From Raillietiella orientalis (taxonomy: Eukaryota): 64,000 bases of DNA. Below are positions 1 to 12,517 of this stretch, piece by piece. The translations under genes were made by a program, and so were the position numbers. Below the pieces are notes generated by a model. The model worked only from the letters and a program-made list of their open reading frames with translations, ran no database searches and was not told where the DNA came from. The stretch is taken from the NCBI GenBank assembly GCA_036172245.1, contig JAYWIR010000003.1, forward strand, positions 2,108,001-2,172,000, in the 5' to 3' direction. How positions within the stretch are numbered: the stretch's first letter is position 1; each line of letters starts with the position of its first letter.

Positions 1-1909
1 ATCAAATCAATGCTGAGTGCCAGAAACTTTCGAGGCAGCAGCCAGAGGTGACAGGAGACCTTGCCTGTTGATTCTGCTCTTGTTCTTTGCCGAAGGTAAC
101 GGAACTGATGGAGTTTGAAATTTTTTTTTTTTTACATGTGGGGCACTTGAGTTGTATGTGTAAGATACCATGCAACAAAGTTAAAATCCGTTGCAGCATC
201 CACAGAACCCAGAGGAATCTCTGGGGTTTGTGCACACCATCCGAATGCTTCGCAAAAGTGAAGTGAGAAAGGGGGTGGAAAAACGTACGCGGTAAAGGTG
301 CGAGTTCTGACAAGACCCCGAGGGGATGAGGAAAGAACAGACAATAGTTCTACCTCCAAGAGTCAACTGGGAAACAGTGCATGCCTATCGAAAAACAGCG
401 GATTCCGCGACGATGCAGACTTAGCCATGATCATCGTGACGCTGCTGGGATTCTTCAGTCGTGCACTGCGTGGAGTCAAGGATGACTGCAGAGAGCCATT
501 ATCAAGGTCTCCATGGCGTTTAAGGTGGTACAGAACTGCAGGTCCAGTTCTTGAAGCAAAAGGGAATCTCTTTTGTCCTGGGATACGTGCTGGAATTCTT
601 TTTAATTTTATTTCCGAACCGAAAGGGCATTGTTTCTGCTTCTGATCCACAGAGAGTTGTCGCAACGGCACTGCAATCCGGCCACACGTTAAAACGCGAA
701 ACGCGTGCAGTGTGCTGCCTTACACTCCGAGGTCATTCCCAGGAGTTGCGAAGCTTGCGATAGCCACCGAATCTGTCTGGAAGTCCGCGGTTTTGTTGCA
801 AAGCATATTTTGCGACATTGCCATTTTACAATTGGATTGTCTTCGGTTCGGAAGAACGAGGCTGCTGCCTTTTTTCCATTTTCGCCGCATCAGTCGACTT
901 CAGATCGGGCAACAGCACTCTCTGGATTCAAGCATCTGCATCCGTGGAAGAACTCTTTGATGATGACGCTGTCCATGCGGCTTCGTCGGTTCAGAGCATC
1001 ATTCGCAAGACTGCTTTGCAAAGGTGGAATTTTGACTGAGCAGTTTTGCGCTGCCCGATGCTGGCTGCATGCTGTCTGGAGAGCAAGAGATTCCGTCTTT
1101 TCAGCTGCATCGTAGGAACGTAATTCTTTCTTGGAAGGATGACAACGTTTTGTAGGGGACCATTCGGCCAATGGTTTCAGAGGCAAGGAAGCAAGGACAT
1201 CGAGAGAACTCTCTCCCGTCAAAGAGAAATTGTGGGATTTATAGGGAGAAGTTCACTCCGATAGACGGCGTCAGTAAACAATGGATGGACTACACCCTTC
1301 TAATAAGCGTGGAAAGCTCCTCAGAGACACACGCACACGTGAAACAACGGAAGGAGCGGACTTGAATACAAAGTCCTGAAGGAGAAGATTCACAAATGCG
1401 GGAATTTAAGACCGGAGCTTGCCCACGAGGGAGAGCGTGAGCGTTCGAGCAGGGAAAAGCGGACCGTCTGGGGATGCGCGCTACAGCGAGCGCGCTGGAG
1501 TTCGGAGCAAACGATCTCTACCCTCCTCCGCTTCGAATGTTGCTGACATCTCTTTCTCGAAACCCACTCCCGCATCAGTGATGCGGTTGCTCGTTAGATG
1601 TCAGGAGCTGCCTGCGCATCGCCGGTGGCGTTCGCCAGCGACCGTGGTGGAACGCTGCTGTCCGAAGAGAACGTTGATCTCCCCCCTCTTCTCCAAGGTG
1701 CAAGAAGCCACGTTGCGGGTGTACACTCAAGTTTCACTTTTGTTTGATTTCGTGCTCCCGTTCCTGCCGACACCTCCCTCCGCCGGCGAAGATGCAATCC
1801 ATCATCAATCGTGAATAACGATGCCTGTTCACGATAGCACGCTTTTCGCCACATCCATTTGTTAGTCGCCACATCTTCCCTTCGATCAGCTGCAGAGGAT
1901 AGCATTTCT

Positions 1910-2651
1910 CTCGAGCAACCGGCTCGGACAGCTGAATGATGGCGGCAGTCCGAAGAAGAGGCTGCCAGTCGCGCGCACCCGCGAACCTGCCAAAAAACCC
2001 GACGATGACCTGCCGAACACGGGGCATCGTCGTCCTCCCCCCTTCCATCTCTTTCCCCCTTCCTTCTTCACCTCCCTCCCTCTTCCTCTTCCTTCCTTCC
2101 TTCTCCTCCTCCTCTCCGTTTCTGAAAGGAGTGCTAATCTCATAAAGGTCTTTCTTCCTGAGGTTCTCCAGGTACTCCAAGATACCGTGCCCGGAGGTTC
2201 CTTCGGGCAAGTACTTGGAGCTGCCTGGCGCCTCCGGCTCCTCGCCGCTTCGCAAGCCGAAAGCGATCTTCTCCACGTCTTGTACCTCGCGAAGGGCAGG
2301 TGTGGTCGTAGTAGTCGGGGTTCTCCGCTGGCCGCATTGGCCGTTGAGCTCGTGTGGGAGGACCTCGGCTTCGTTTCCTTCGTCCGCAGCCCGTTCCTCG
2401 GCGCTGGAGTGCTCGCCCAGCCCGGTTCGCTACCAGGGCGAACACCTCACCACCGTCGCCTTCCTCCAAAGTGTTCTGGAGGTGACAGCAACTGCCTCCC
2501 GTCGAGGAGGATTCGGTGCAGGTTAGAGCAGAGTCTCCGCCGCCGAGGCAGCGCTCGCCTCGAGCACTCGGCTCGAACAGCTGGATGGTGGCGGCAGTCC
2601 GAAGAAACGGCCGCCGGTCTCACGCACCGTGAACCTACCGAAGAACCCAAC
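1910..2651 (+). repeat. Pair of ~94-bp degenerate direct repeats (1910-2003 and 2559-2651)
   Basis: CTCGAGCA..CGGCTCG.ACAGCTG.ATG.TGGCGGCAGTCCGAAGAA...GAACCT...AACCC occurs in both, roughly 80% identical by eye. Confidence 0.85.
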
Positions 2652-5600
2652 AGCGCCCCACTGAACGCGGGGGAGAAGAGGGGTTGGGAAGACCGATGCG
2701 GCAACGTGGATGGACGTTTCGCCGGAGCAGAGCGCCGCCGAGTTCCGCGGTTCCCCTAACAACCTCATCCTGCGGTCAGGAACGGACGGCTGGCCGACGC
2801 AAGAGGTCGATCTGCCTCCTCCGGACCAGCGGGAGGGAGCTGCCCTCCGCGCTCTGGCGCACGCCTCGAGTGCGAAGGACTTGCGGTGCCGGTCGACTGC
2901 CAACTGGCTCTTCGTGCATCGTCCAGTGGCTCTGCTCCTGCGCGCGCACCACGGGGAGATCCTGGACGTCATCCCCGGAGCCATGCTCGGGGAGAGGAAG
3001 CAGAAGAGCATCTCTGTTCCCAACTGGACTGCGGGCCGCGCGCGAGCCCATTCACTCCGCATGAGGAGTCGGGAGTGAGGGGAGGGGGCAACAGTCGCGA
3101 CCCTTCTCTATAAGGTCGGAGGGCCGCGGCAAGCATGTGGCGCCAGGAGTGTCCGCCAGCAGTACCACCCGTCCAGCGAGCCTCCCTGTCGGGCTGCTCT
3201 AGCGGCTCTTGTCCTCTGAGCATCCTGCGGGTGCGAAAGGGGGAGGGGGGCAACCCAGCGGGTGCAAGTCTTCCGCGTTGTCGTCCCGTCGGTCTCTACC
3301 TCCTTCGGGTCCCGGAGCGCTCCACCGCGCGGGAGGGTGGGCCGGTCACTATCCAGTCCGGGGCGGAGGGCCGTCCACGTTCCTGCGTGACGTCCAATCG
3401 CGCCGACGGCGGGCTCTCGCGGGGACGATTAATTTCCCGCGGCGCGGGCGGGCGCTCTCCCTCGAAAGTGTCCCCATCTAGCGAGAAATGATGGACCGAT
3501 AAGTTTCTCGGGGGCGCGCAAGAACTTGATGGATGGATTCTGGTCGCGACTGGGAGAGGTGTCCATTTTTCACTCCCGGAGGAGGAGGAGGAGGAAGAAG
3601 AAGAAGAAGAGGAGGAGGAAAGGAAATGGAACAAAAGGGAGCAAAAAAAAAAAGAAAGAAAACTGGGAAGAGAGGAGGAGGAGGAAAAACGAGAGGAAGG
3701 AGATGGATTTACGAGTTTCCGAGGCCTTTTTATAGGTGCGATGCGAACAATTACGGGAGGAATGGTGTCTCCTTAGGGTGTTCCAGGTCAGACGATCGGG
3801 AAGCTAATGGGTCGCAATTTGTTTGGCTGTCACGCGGCGGACGCCCAGACTGCGCGCGCTCCGCTATTCCGCGTGATTTTTTGCGCTCTCGAAAGCTCCT
3901 GCAGGAGGGAGCCGGACTTCGGAAGGGAAGGAGGGATGCGTTCCGGCTCGAAGACCCACCGGATGGCGATCCGGCCTCCCTCAGCTCCCTCAGCGGGCAC
4001 TGCGCTCCGCCTGCGGGCTAGGGATTCGCTCCGGCAGAATCGGCCAGCCGCGCGCGCGGGGGGGGAAGGCTATTGGGGAGCCGGCAGCTCGCTTCATTCG
4101 TCGATCTTCTGACCGGGGAAGCGCGCGGTGCGAGAGGCCCTTCCTCGGCCCTTCTTGGTTCACGTGGACTCTGGGTTGGAGGATCCTGCAAGCGAGACGA
4201 GGGGCAACACCGTTTTCCAGATGCACGCGTCCTCCAGGTGATCGCGGGGTCCCGGCAACGCACCTCCGCACTCGTCTTCTCCCGGGCATCTCGACGACCC
4301 TAACCAGGAGGCTCCTCTGTGCCCTCGAGAACAGCAATTGCTCGCATGTGCAGCTCCCTTCCTCCTCCTCCTCCTCCTCTTTCTCAGAGTCAACGTGGAC
4401 TGAAGAGGTAAGGTAAGGGTCTCTCTCACCGCACGCGTTTCGCTCACCGGAAGCCTTGTCGCACCCTTCCCGGGGAACGCGCGGGAGGTCGCCCAGCGGA
4501 AGTCCTTGACGAAGGAGGGAAGAGGCGGCCGGTAGCCTCCGTCAGGCCTCGGACCGAAGTTTTCCGGAGGGCGGGGTCTTTGGGCGCGCGTGCGGCGGAC
4601 GGGAGAGGCCGCCTCGCATGCCCTTTGCTTCCCTGCCCGACAAGGGGCCGCTCCTGCGAGGGAGGAGGAGACCGTCCGAAAGCCGCGGAGGGTTTCCCGA
4701 AGACTGAGGGGACTCCGTCGTCCGCCGGGCGTCTTTTTCTTGCCAGACCTGAGGCGTCCCCTGCACCCGAGACACCACCACCGGCCCACCTTCTCGTTCC
4801 GTTCTTTTCCCCCCGGATGCTCGAGGAACCCCGTGCACTTCCAGGAAGGTGGCGGTTGCCGTCGCGCTCGCGCGAGATCTCCTTCGCCCCCAATTGGTCC
4901 TTCCTGTCGGGGTTTCTCTCCAGCGGGTGTGCAAGCCGGCAGCCAGGGCTGCCAGAGCGGGTGGCACGCGGTCGTCGCGCTCGCGCAGCAGGGTCGCGGC
5001 AAGGCGCGATCGCGGTTTCGACCGATGAAGAGAGCAAGAGAATCGCGCGTCCCGACTCGGCTGTGGACCTGAAACTGTGGTGCGGTCCCTTCCTTCCTTC
5101 CCCCTGTCCCCCCTTCAGCAAGGTACGGGGTCGAAATTTCGTCAGGAAAAGCGTGGGGATGGGAATGGTCGCAACGCAGGCTGCCGGCGACGGGAAAGTC
5201 CCTTCGTCTGCTGGGGAAGTTCGGAGCGAAGGCGCCGCCAGTTAGTGTGATTCCGGGCGGCGCCCGCGGCCCCCCGCGCGCTGCGACGCCAGGGGCGCTG
5301 GTGAGGCGTCCGAGCTCTCCGCACAGAATGATTCAGAACGCGGTCGCCCCGCGTGGAGCGCCAGCTACGCGGAACAGATGAGCGGGTGTCGAGTTGGGAT
5401 TCTCCATCGTTCGGGAAGACGAGGAATTTGAGAGAGCGTCCCGATTTTTTTTTCCCACCTACACTTCTCTCTGCGCGTTTTCCCGCCCCTTTTTCTGTAG
5501 GGTGGGATGGAACCGCCGGCGGCTGCGACGAGACGAGAGACCTTGCGTCGGGAATTTCGAGCGGCTGCGCCTCCCGGCGCGCGCACGCTGCCAAGGCAAG

Positions 5601-7259
5601 TTCCCCCCCCCCACTCTCCTCCTCCAACGGAAAGACAGAGGGAAGAGAAGGGATGCGCGTCGCCCAGCCTCGTGCAGGTGTTGCAGCCGCACGGACTCGT
5701 GCATGCGCGCCTCTCCCCGCCTCCGTCGGATTCGACGAAAAACGAGGCGGGGAAGGGGGGGCTCCACCTGCACTCTCCTCCTTCTCGAGCGGGCTCAGCG
5801 GCCCGGCATCAGAGGTGCTCGGGAGCCGCTCGCTCGCTCCCTTCGAACGCTGCTGGCTGCCACCGTCTTCGCGGAGGAGGGCGGGTTGGACAGCGCATCC
5901 AGGAAGGCTCGCGGGGCCGAGAATCAGCAGACGGGCCGCGGCCATTAGCTGCCGGCGAAAGGCTCACTGCGCCATCCGAAAGACGGGGAGCGGTCGCGTC
6001 GTGAGCTTCGCAGCCTGTCTTTGCCCCGCCCGCGGGCGCGGGGGCTGCTCGTCTTTTCCGTGACCGACTACATGCCAAAAGGCAGCGCGCGCGCGCGCGG
6101 AACGAGGCCTCGGGGGAGAGGCTGCTTGCGGCACAGTCCTGCTAGGACCGGTTCTCATCCCTGGAAGCCAGTTGGGGCTGCCGCCACGCGCCTGAATCAG
6201 ATTTCTGGCACAGCTCAGCATCGTCACGCTCTCGTTCCCGACATCTGCATCTGGTAAGGAATCCGTTCGCATCAGCAGTGATGAGGGGGAGACGACGCCT
6301 TCCGTAGCTCCTCGGTGACTCTTCGTCGAGCTCCTCCACAAGAAGACCTTAGTTCTGCAAATCCTGACGGGTTTAGAGAGAACGCTCTTGCGGTCGCTGG
6401 TGCTCTCCTGGATGGAGGAAGTGGCCGAAACTCGGTCCTGTGGAGTCCCGAGCGGTAGCTTCACCAGAGCTCACGCGAGCCAGTGTGTGCGCGCGCGGGC
6501 TGTTGCCACGGTGCGAGTCTCACTCAAGGCCCCGAGGAGGGGACAGGAACAGGCGAAGCGCCAGAAAGAACCTGTCTTTTTGTCCCCACCTTTGCGGCCA
6601 CGCATGAAGGCCCCTCTGCGGAGCGAATCGCCGCCCTTGCGACCATCTCCCGAAGAGAGAGAGAGAGTCAAAGAAGGGTTAGCGATGCTGCAGTGAACGG
6701 ATGCCTGGGCTGAGCAGGGTGGGTGAGTGGTGGCTCGTGAGGACGAAGAGCTGCTGTGGCGCCCAGAGTGGGGATCTGATGGTCAGCTCCTGTTCCGAAT
6801 GGTGGAGGTTGATCCCGGAGTTCGTGTCCGCAATGCTTGTCTGGGAGCGCACTTGAGGAGCCCAAGATCTTTCTCCATCCTCGTCTCCCTTCGAGCTTGG
6901 TGATGCCCATTGCGGTCGTTGACGGGTGCTCCGGCCGGAGAGGATGCTTGCCTCCTTGCTACCAGTCGACTCCCTGGCCTGGTTTCGCCTTCTTCCGGCG
7001 CTGGTGTGCAGAGAGACTACTGGGACAGTGAAGTGTGATTCCTCGCCTCCCTGTCTTGGTGCTGCTCCTCTGTCGAGGTGCGCTGCTCTCCCGTGCTCCG
7101 CGCGCGAAACGCGGGGTTGGGTCCAGCGTGTCGTTTTTAGCGGAGAGATCCGCCCTGGTCCTTGGTGGGCTCATCTCCAGCAAACCACGTGAAAGTTTCC
7201 TGGTTTGTCCAAGGTCCCCGCAAGCGAAGAGGCAGCCCCAATAGGCTGTCTGCAATAGG

Positions 7260-7301
7260 CTTCTGACCTTCTCGCCCCTATTAGGGCGAGAAGGTCAGAA
7301 G
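7260..7301. repeat. Perfect inverted repeat (18-bp arms, 6-nt loop)
   Basis: CTTCTGACCTTCTCGCCC-CTATTA-GGGCGAGAAGGTCAGAAG. Confidence 0.95.
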
Positions 7302-9908
7302 ACGGATACAGAAGAATTCGTGCAAAAGGAAGAGACCGAGTCAGCTCCCCAGTGCTGGGCAGATGTGTCAGTAGAGCTCCTGCGCACCTCTCCTTGGGAC
7401 ATCCGCCTTTCTCAACAGCGCGTAGTGGGCTTTCACAGTGCGAGCTGCGCGCTATGCATCTCCCCAGCAGAGCTGCAGCTCTCTGAAGGCAGGCTGAGGA
7501 CTGGTGGAGACTCCTTTGGGGAAGTCGTGAGGGACTGATGACCTTTTCCTACTTCCGCGTGCTATTTCTGCAGCGAAAGGGACCGTGTGGGCGAGTCCTG
7601 CAAGCTGCAGGTTGCCAGGGACGGCAGTCCCAGGCGAGGGCGCGCGCCTCGGCCACTTTTGGCCTCTCGAGAGGATCGGCACTGAGAAGGTCTCAGTGGA
7701 AGGAGAGACGCAGGCAGTAGAAGGGCTGGGGGAGGGAAGGGAGAGGAAGAAGAAGACCTGCACACTGCATATCGCAGTGTCCATCATCAATTACGCGTGC
7801 AGACAATCTCCAGCCGAAGAGGAGGCAGCCATGGGAACCGCAGTCGGATTGCGTGGTATTTTGGTGGAAGCCCTGACACGGGGAGAAAGACGCTCTCGTC
7901 GTCAGACGTTGTCGTCGTGTCGCCGTGCCCTTCGCAAGGAGAAAACGCGGACGTCAGGAGGTGCGAGGTGGTCCATTAGACCGTCAATCGAGATGGACGT
8001 GTGGAATTCTCCGCGGGCGTCTCCCATCTTCCGGGCATCGGATCAGAGGGAAGCGCAAACAACAAGCTCTCCTCCTGCCCCCTGCCTATCCTCTCCCTCC
8101 CACTCCCCACTTTTCAACCCTATCCACCGGATTGAGGAAAGAAGGAAAGGAGCGGGTAGAAGAAAGAGGGAGGACTCAGTTTCGAATCTCCTGGAGCGAT
8201 CGGACGAACGCATCATCGTGCGTGCCGAAGAAGCTCACCGGGACGATGAATCCATCTAAAAAGGCTGTCGTGATGCAATAAATCTTCCGCCGACTCTGCC
8301 GGGGCTTGAAATGCGCCCAGGAATGCCGTGGGGATGCGCAGAGGATGCCTCGGCCGGCTCTCTAAAAGCTCATCACGGGGAAGGGTATCCATGACATCGC
8401 CCTTCCCCGTCGATAAGTCTTATCGCGCGCGCGAGAGGGCGGCGGGCGAGTGGCCTCTCCCGGAGCGGCGGCGTGCTCCCTGACCCTTGTTAGTACGCCT
8501 TCGTCGGCTTCCACGCACCGAGCGGGATTGATTAATGCCTGCCTCCGAGAAAGGCATCGGCGTCCCGGAATCTATTAGATGGGAGCGTCTGGGAGAGCGT
8601 GCGCTAGACGGAAGGGTAAGGCGCGAGCGACGTCGCGGGTCTGCTTTCGCGCGAGTCGGGACATCTTCGCCGAGCGACGAGCCGCAAATCCATCCCCCGT
8701 GCTGGACCCGCCCCCGCCCCCGAGACGATGCTCAGTAGGGGGAGGAAGGAAAGGCGCTCTACGCCTATGAATCCGGGAATCCAGGAAGGAATATCCTGTG
8801 AATTCCAGGAGGGCTGACGAGGAAGGAGTGCTTTCCGCTTACCCTTGGTAGAAAACCCGTAGAGAACCTCTTCCTGATTCTCTCCGGAGAGACACTCCGG
8901 TTTATGGGGGTCACACCTCATTTCTCCTGCGGAGGGAACCAGCAAAGGATTCACTCCCGGCCTTTCCTCCTCTGAATAGAACCCTGAAGAGACGCTCCCA
9001 GTTCGCTTCTCCTTCCGGGAAGCGCCCTCTTTCTATACTCTGTGCGACTACCCTTGAAGAGGGTATCAACCAGCTCCATGGTACGCGATGGAGGGTCCTT
9101 CCCCGAGGGAAGAGGACTGCTGTATTTTCACAACCGGAAGGGAACCCCTGAGGACTCCTTGATTCCCGAATGGTCAATGGCGTCCTTCGGATTCCACCAG
9201 TGCCGCACCCGAGGCCTACAGGCCAGTCAACGTCATCCTGTGGGGGTGGCTCAAAACCTATAATTCACTCCCCATCCTCCACGCGAGGATTCTAACCCGC
9301 GACGCTTGGTGTCACGCGCGGAGACCGCACCCAAGTGGCCGCCGATGCGGGCTCAGAAACGTGCTCTCTTGACCACGAATTTTCGATTGCAGCTACCTAT
9401 TATCTTGTCATCCCTTTCGGGAACAGCACTCTCAAGCGGCAGTGAAAGCACCAAACTCCTTCTCGATCCTGAAAGAGCGAAGCGACACGGCAGCGGGAAC
9501 CATTTGAACCATCGCCTCGCGTCGAAGGAAAATGTGCGCTTCCAGACACGATCTGGCACGCGATGGCAGAGCGAACAGATTATGCGTGCGGGGTGCACTC
9601 CTCAGCCAACGCGAGGCGGACGATGCGGAACGACTGGAGAGACGGGTGAGGATCGAAGAGACGAAGCAAGAGGATAGGAATGATCGAGCCGCGTTGATGC
9701 GCAGTCCCCTCCTCCCTCCCTCCTCCTCCCGTCCTCTCTTTCCTTCCCCGCTTCACGTACCAAGCGTGCTCTGCGAGGGTGCATTTATGCTGCTTTGAGC
9801 ATCAGCGTTCCTTCCGAAAGTCACTGCTCGCGATTCAGTTGCAGACGGCACATCGGGATGATTTTTTTCTCTCTCTCTCTCTTTCATGGAGTAGGGGCGC
9901 CGTGCGTT

Positions 9909-10085
9909 TTCCCAGTCGATACGAAGACACGAAATCCTGAGCTCGAGGCATTCATAGAGGCGTCTGCCGCGCCGCGAGCGCGTCGAGTGGAGAAAGCATC
10001 CTGTTGGCGACCTCGATTGACCCCCTCCGGAACGACACGTCTTCGCAATTTTCAGCGAGGTGCTCGAAGAGGAGCCACGCAGAAA
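9909..10085 (+). repeat. Degenerate ~175-bp duplicated segment (partner 12346-12517)
   Basis: Colinear shared blocks TTCCCAGTCGA, CACGAAATCC, AGGCATTCA, AGGCGTC, GCGTCGAGT, GACCTCG, CCGGAAC and TGCTCGAAGAG. Confidence 0.85.
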
Positions 10086-12345
10086 GCGGCACAGCTTCCG
10101 AGCTGTGGACCAGCGAATTTCGAACGAGGAACGTCCGTCGGCGAGCGCCCGCGATGCAACGTCTGAGACGTTCGCACGCGCCGCCGTCTTCGAGCTTCCT
10201 GTTGCCGTGGAAACTCGCTTCCGAAACTTGGAATCTCACCCTCTGGAAGCGCACCGACGACGTCGCCAAGGCGGCTGAGGCTCTCATTCATTACCTTTTG
10301 TCAGCCTCCTCTTTGCGGCAGATTGCATTCTCCCATCTTGGCTGCCGCACAGTGCCACTCTGTCTACACAAGCAAAGCGAATCCTTTTTTTTTTTTTCTC
10401 TCTCTGTCAGGGAAGAGGAAAGGGAGGGAAGGGATTTCCACATTCAAACAAAACTTTCACGTCTCCGTGCTCTGGCAAGGCTAATCATCGTTGGCGCCTC
10501 GAAGGTATCACGCGCGAGGAGCACCTGGAAGGACTGGAGCTGTTAGCAGCCTCGCCCCGTCGTCGTGATGCAGGTGACGGCAACGCTCCCGAGAGAGTAG
10601 GGTCTGAGAGGCTGCCAACATGGATTCCTCCTGGTCGACATTGCCGCCGACATTCCTCAGCGCCTCTTGCCGAGACATCTCTTGCTCTGCCCGTGCGAGC
10701 GATCAACTCTAGTAGTGACTTTTCTTTGTCCTCGTCTCGCAGCAGGCGCCGCGCTGCAAAGCAGAGCTCTCTTCCACTCCACTGTTGCGCGCCACCTTCT
10801 GATCTCGATTCAGGATGCACGAGCTGCGCGCGTACAAATAACCGACCGTACGAAAAATCCTCTGCGGCTGTCTTCATGCTCCGAGGGAAGCAGGAGCGGA
10901 CCGGCGGTTATCGAGCCATCTTTCCGATCCGGGAAGGACGAGGTCGAGGAAGACTATCAATCATGCCTTATCTGACTTGCTACGATGCGAGCCCAGTGCC
11001 ACGCCTCCGTGCTGTCTTATCCTCCTCATCATGATGCGACTTCGCACCCTTTCCATTCGGTTTTCTGCTTTCCCTCCCCGAGTTCAGTCCCCAGTTTTCT
11101 TGGCAGGCTCGCAGCCTATCTGTTCTCTGAAGGCAGGAACTGTCCGCGTGCCGCAAGCCATTCGCTCTCTCTTGCACACATTCTGCGTGCGCTCACACAC
11201 ACGCGCGCGCGCGCGGCTGCCTTTCCTGCGCCGCAAACTTGGAACACGGCAAGAGCTTGGCGATTTTCTTCGGCGGAGGCGCTCCTGCAGCTCCCGGGGC
11301 ACCTGCCCCGCAACACTCGAGTCAGCAAGACCCCGCCGGAAGAATGGAACGCGTGCACAGCCGCTCGCCTTTTCCCATTCCCTCCGTCTCCTGAGTGCGC
11401 GCCAACGGAAGTCCCCAAATCCGGTGAAACCTTCTCGGTTATTCTGGAAGCTCGGCAGCTCCTTCAACTGCGTTGGCTTCTTCCCTACCGCTTCACAGAA
11501 TCTTCGCATCAGCCCACCCCCTCCCAAGGCCACCTGATTCATCGGGCGAGTTCCCTGTCGGTGCAAAGTTCGAGTCAGGGATGGAAATCCTGAAGAGGAG
11601 ACAAAGGAAAGCAAAACAAAGAGAAGGCAGATCAGGATGACTTCTTGACACCCCTTCGAAACCACCCTGATCTCGAGTAAGCATAGAGAGAGCGTGGATG
11701 CCCGGCGCGAGCGCTGCTCTCGCCTTCTGCAAACCTTTATGTAAGGAAGCCATCCTCGCACAAACAACGCCCCTTCGGAGTACACCTCCATATCTGGCTT
11801 TTCATCCAAGAGGAAGATTCCCGGCATTAGGAGGGGAGGAGAATGCCCTCCCATCCTAGCAGCGGCGGGTCAAATCTCCTACTAGCGAACGCGTTTTTCA
11901 TGGATCAGGCGCTGCCGTGCGGTCCTGCCCCTTTTTTGGTTTGCCGCTGCTGCTCCCACAAGCTCCGCGTCTCTCTTTCTTTGTCTGTCGGATGACGTTC
12001 CCGGGAGACCAAAATGCACCTCTTCGATAGGAACCCTTCCTTCCTCAAACGACCACAGCACTGTTGTGTTCTTTGACAGTCCTCCGTGGGCACCACCGCT
12101 GCTCCCCGCTGCTAAAGATTCTTGTCCGGGATTGAACGCGTTTCCAGAGTCTCCTTTTGCCATCGGAAAAGCGTGGGACGGAGCAAATTCGAAAGATTCC
12201 TTCCGGCGATGCAGCAGTCGCTGGAACCTGGGTCGAAAGTCGCTGCTCGCGATCCGTTTGCGCCTCAGACAGCGCATTGGGCTGGGTTTTCTCTCTCGAT
12301 CCCTCTGTGGTTCATTCTCTTCGTCGACTGCGAGCGCTGTGAGTC

Positions 12346-12517
12346 TTCCCAGTCGACGAAGGCACGAAATCCCGAGTCCAAGGCATTCAAACAGGCGTCC
12401 GCCGTGCTGCAAGTGCGTCGAGTAGCAAAGACATCCGTTGGTGACCTCGCGTGACCTCCCGGAACAACACTTCTCTGGAAGTTTCAACGAAATGCTCGAA
12501 GAGCAGCCGTGCAGGAA
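12346..12517 (+). repeat. Degenerate duplicated segment (partner 9909-10085)
   Basis: Same colinear blocks as 9909-10085. Confidence 0.85.
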
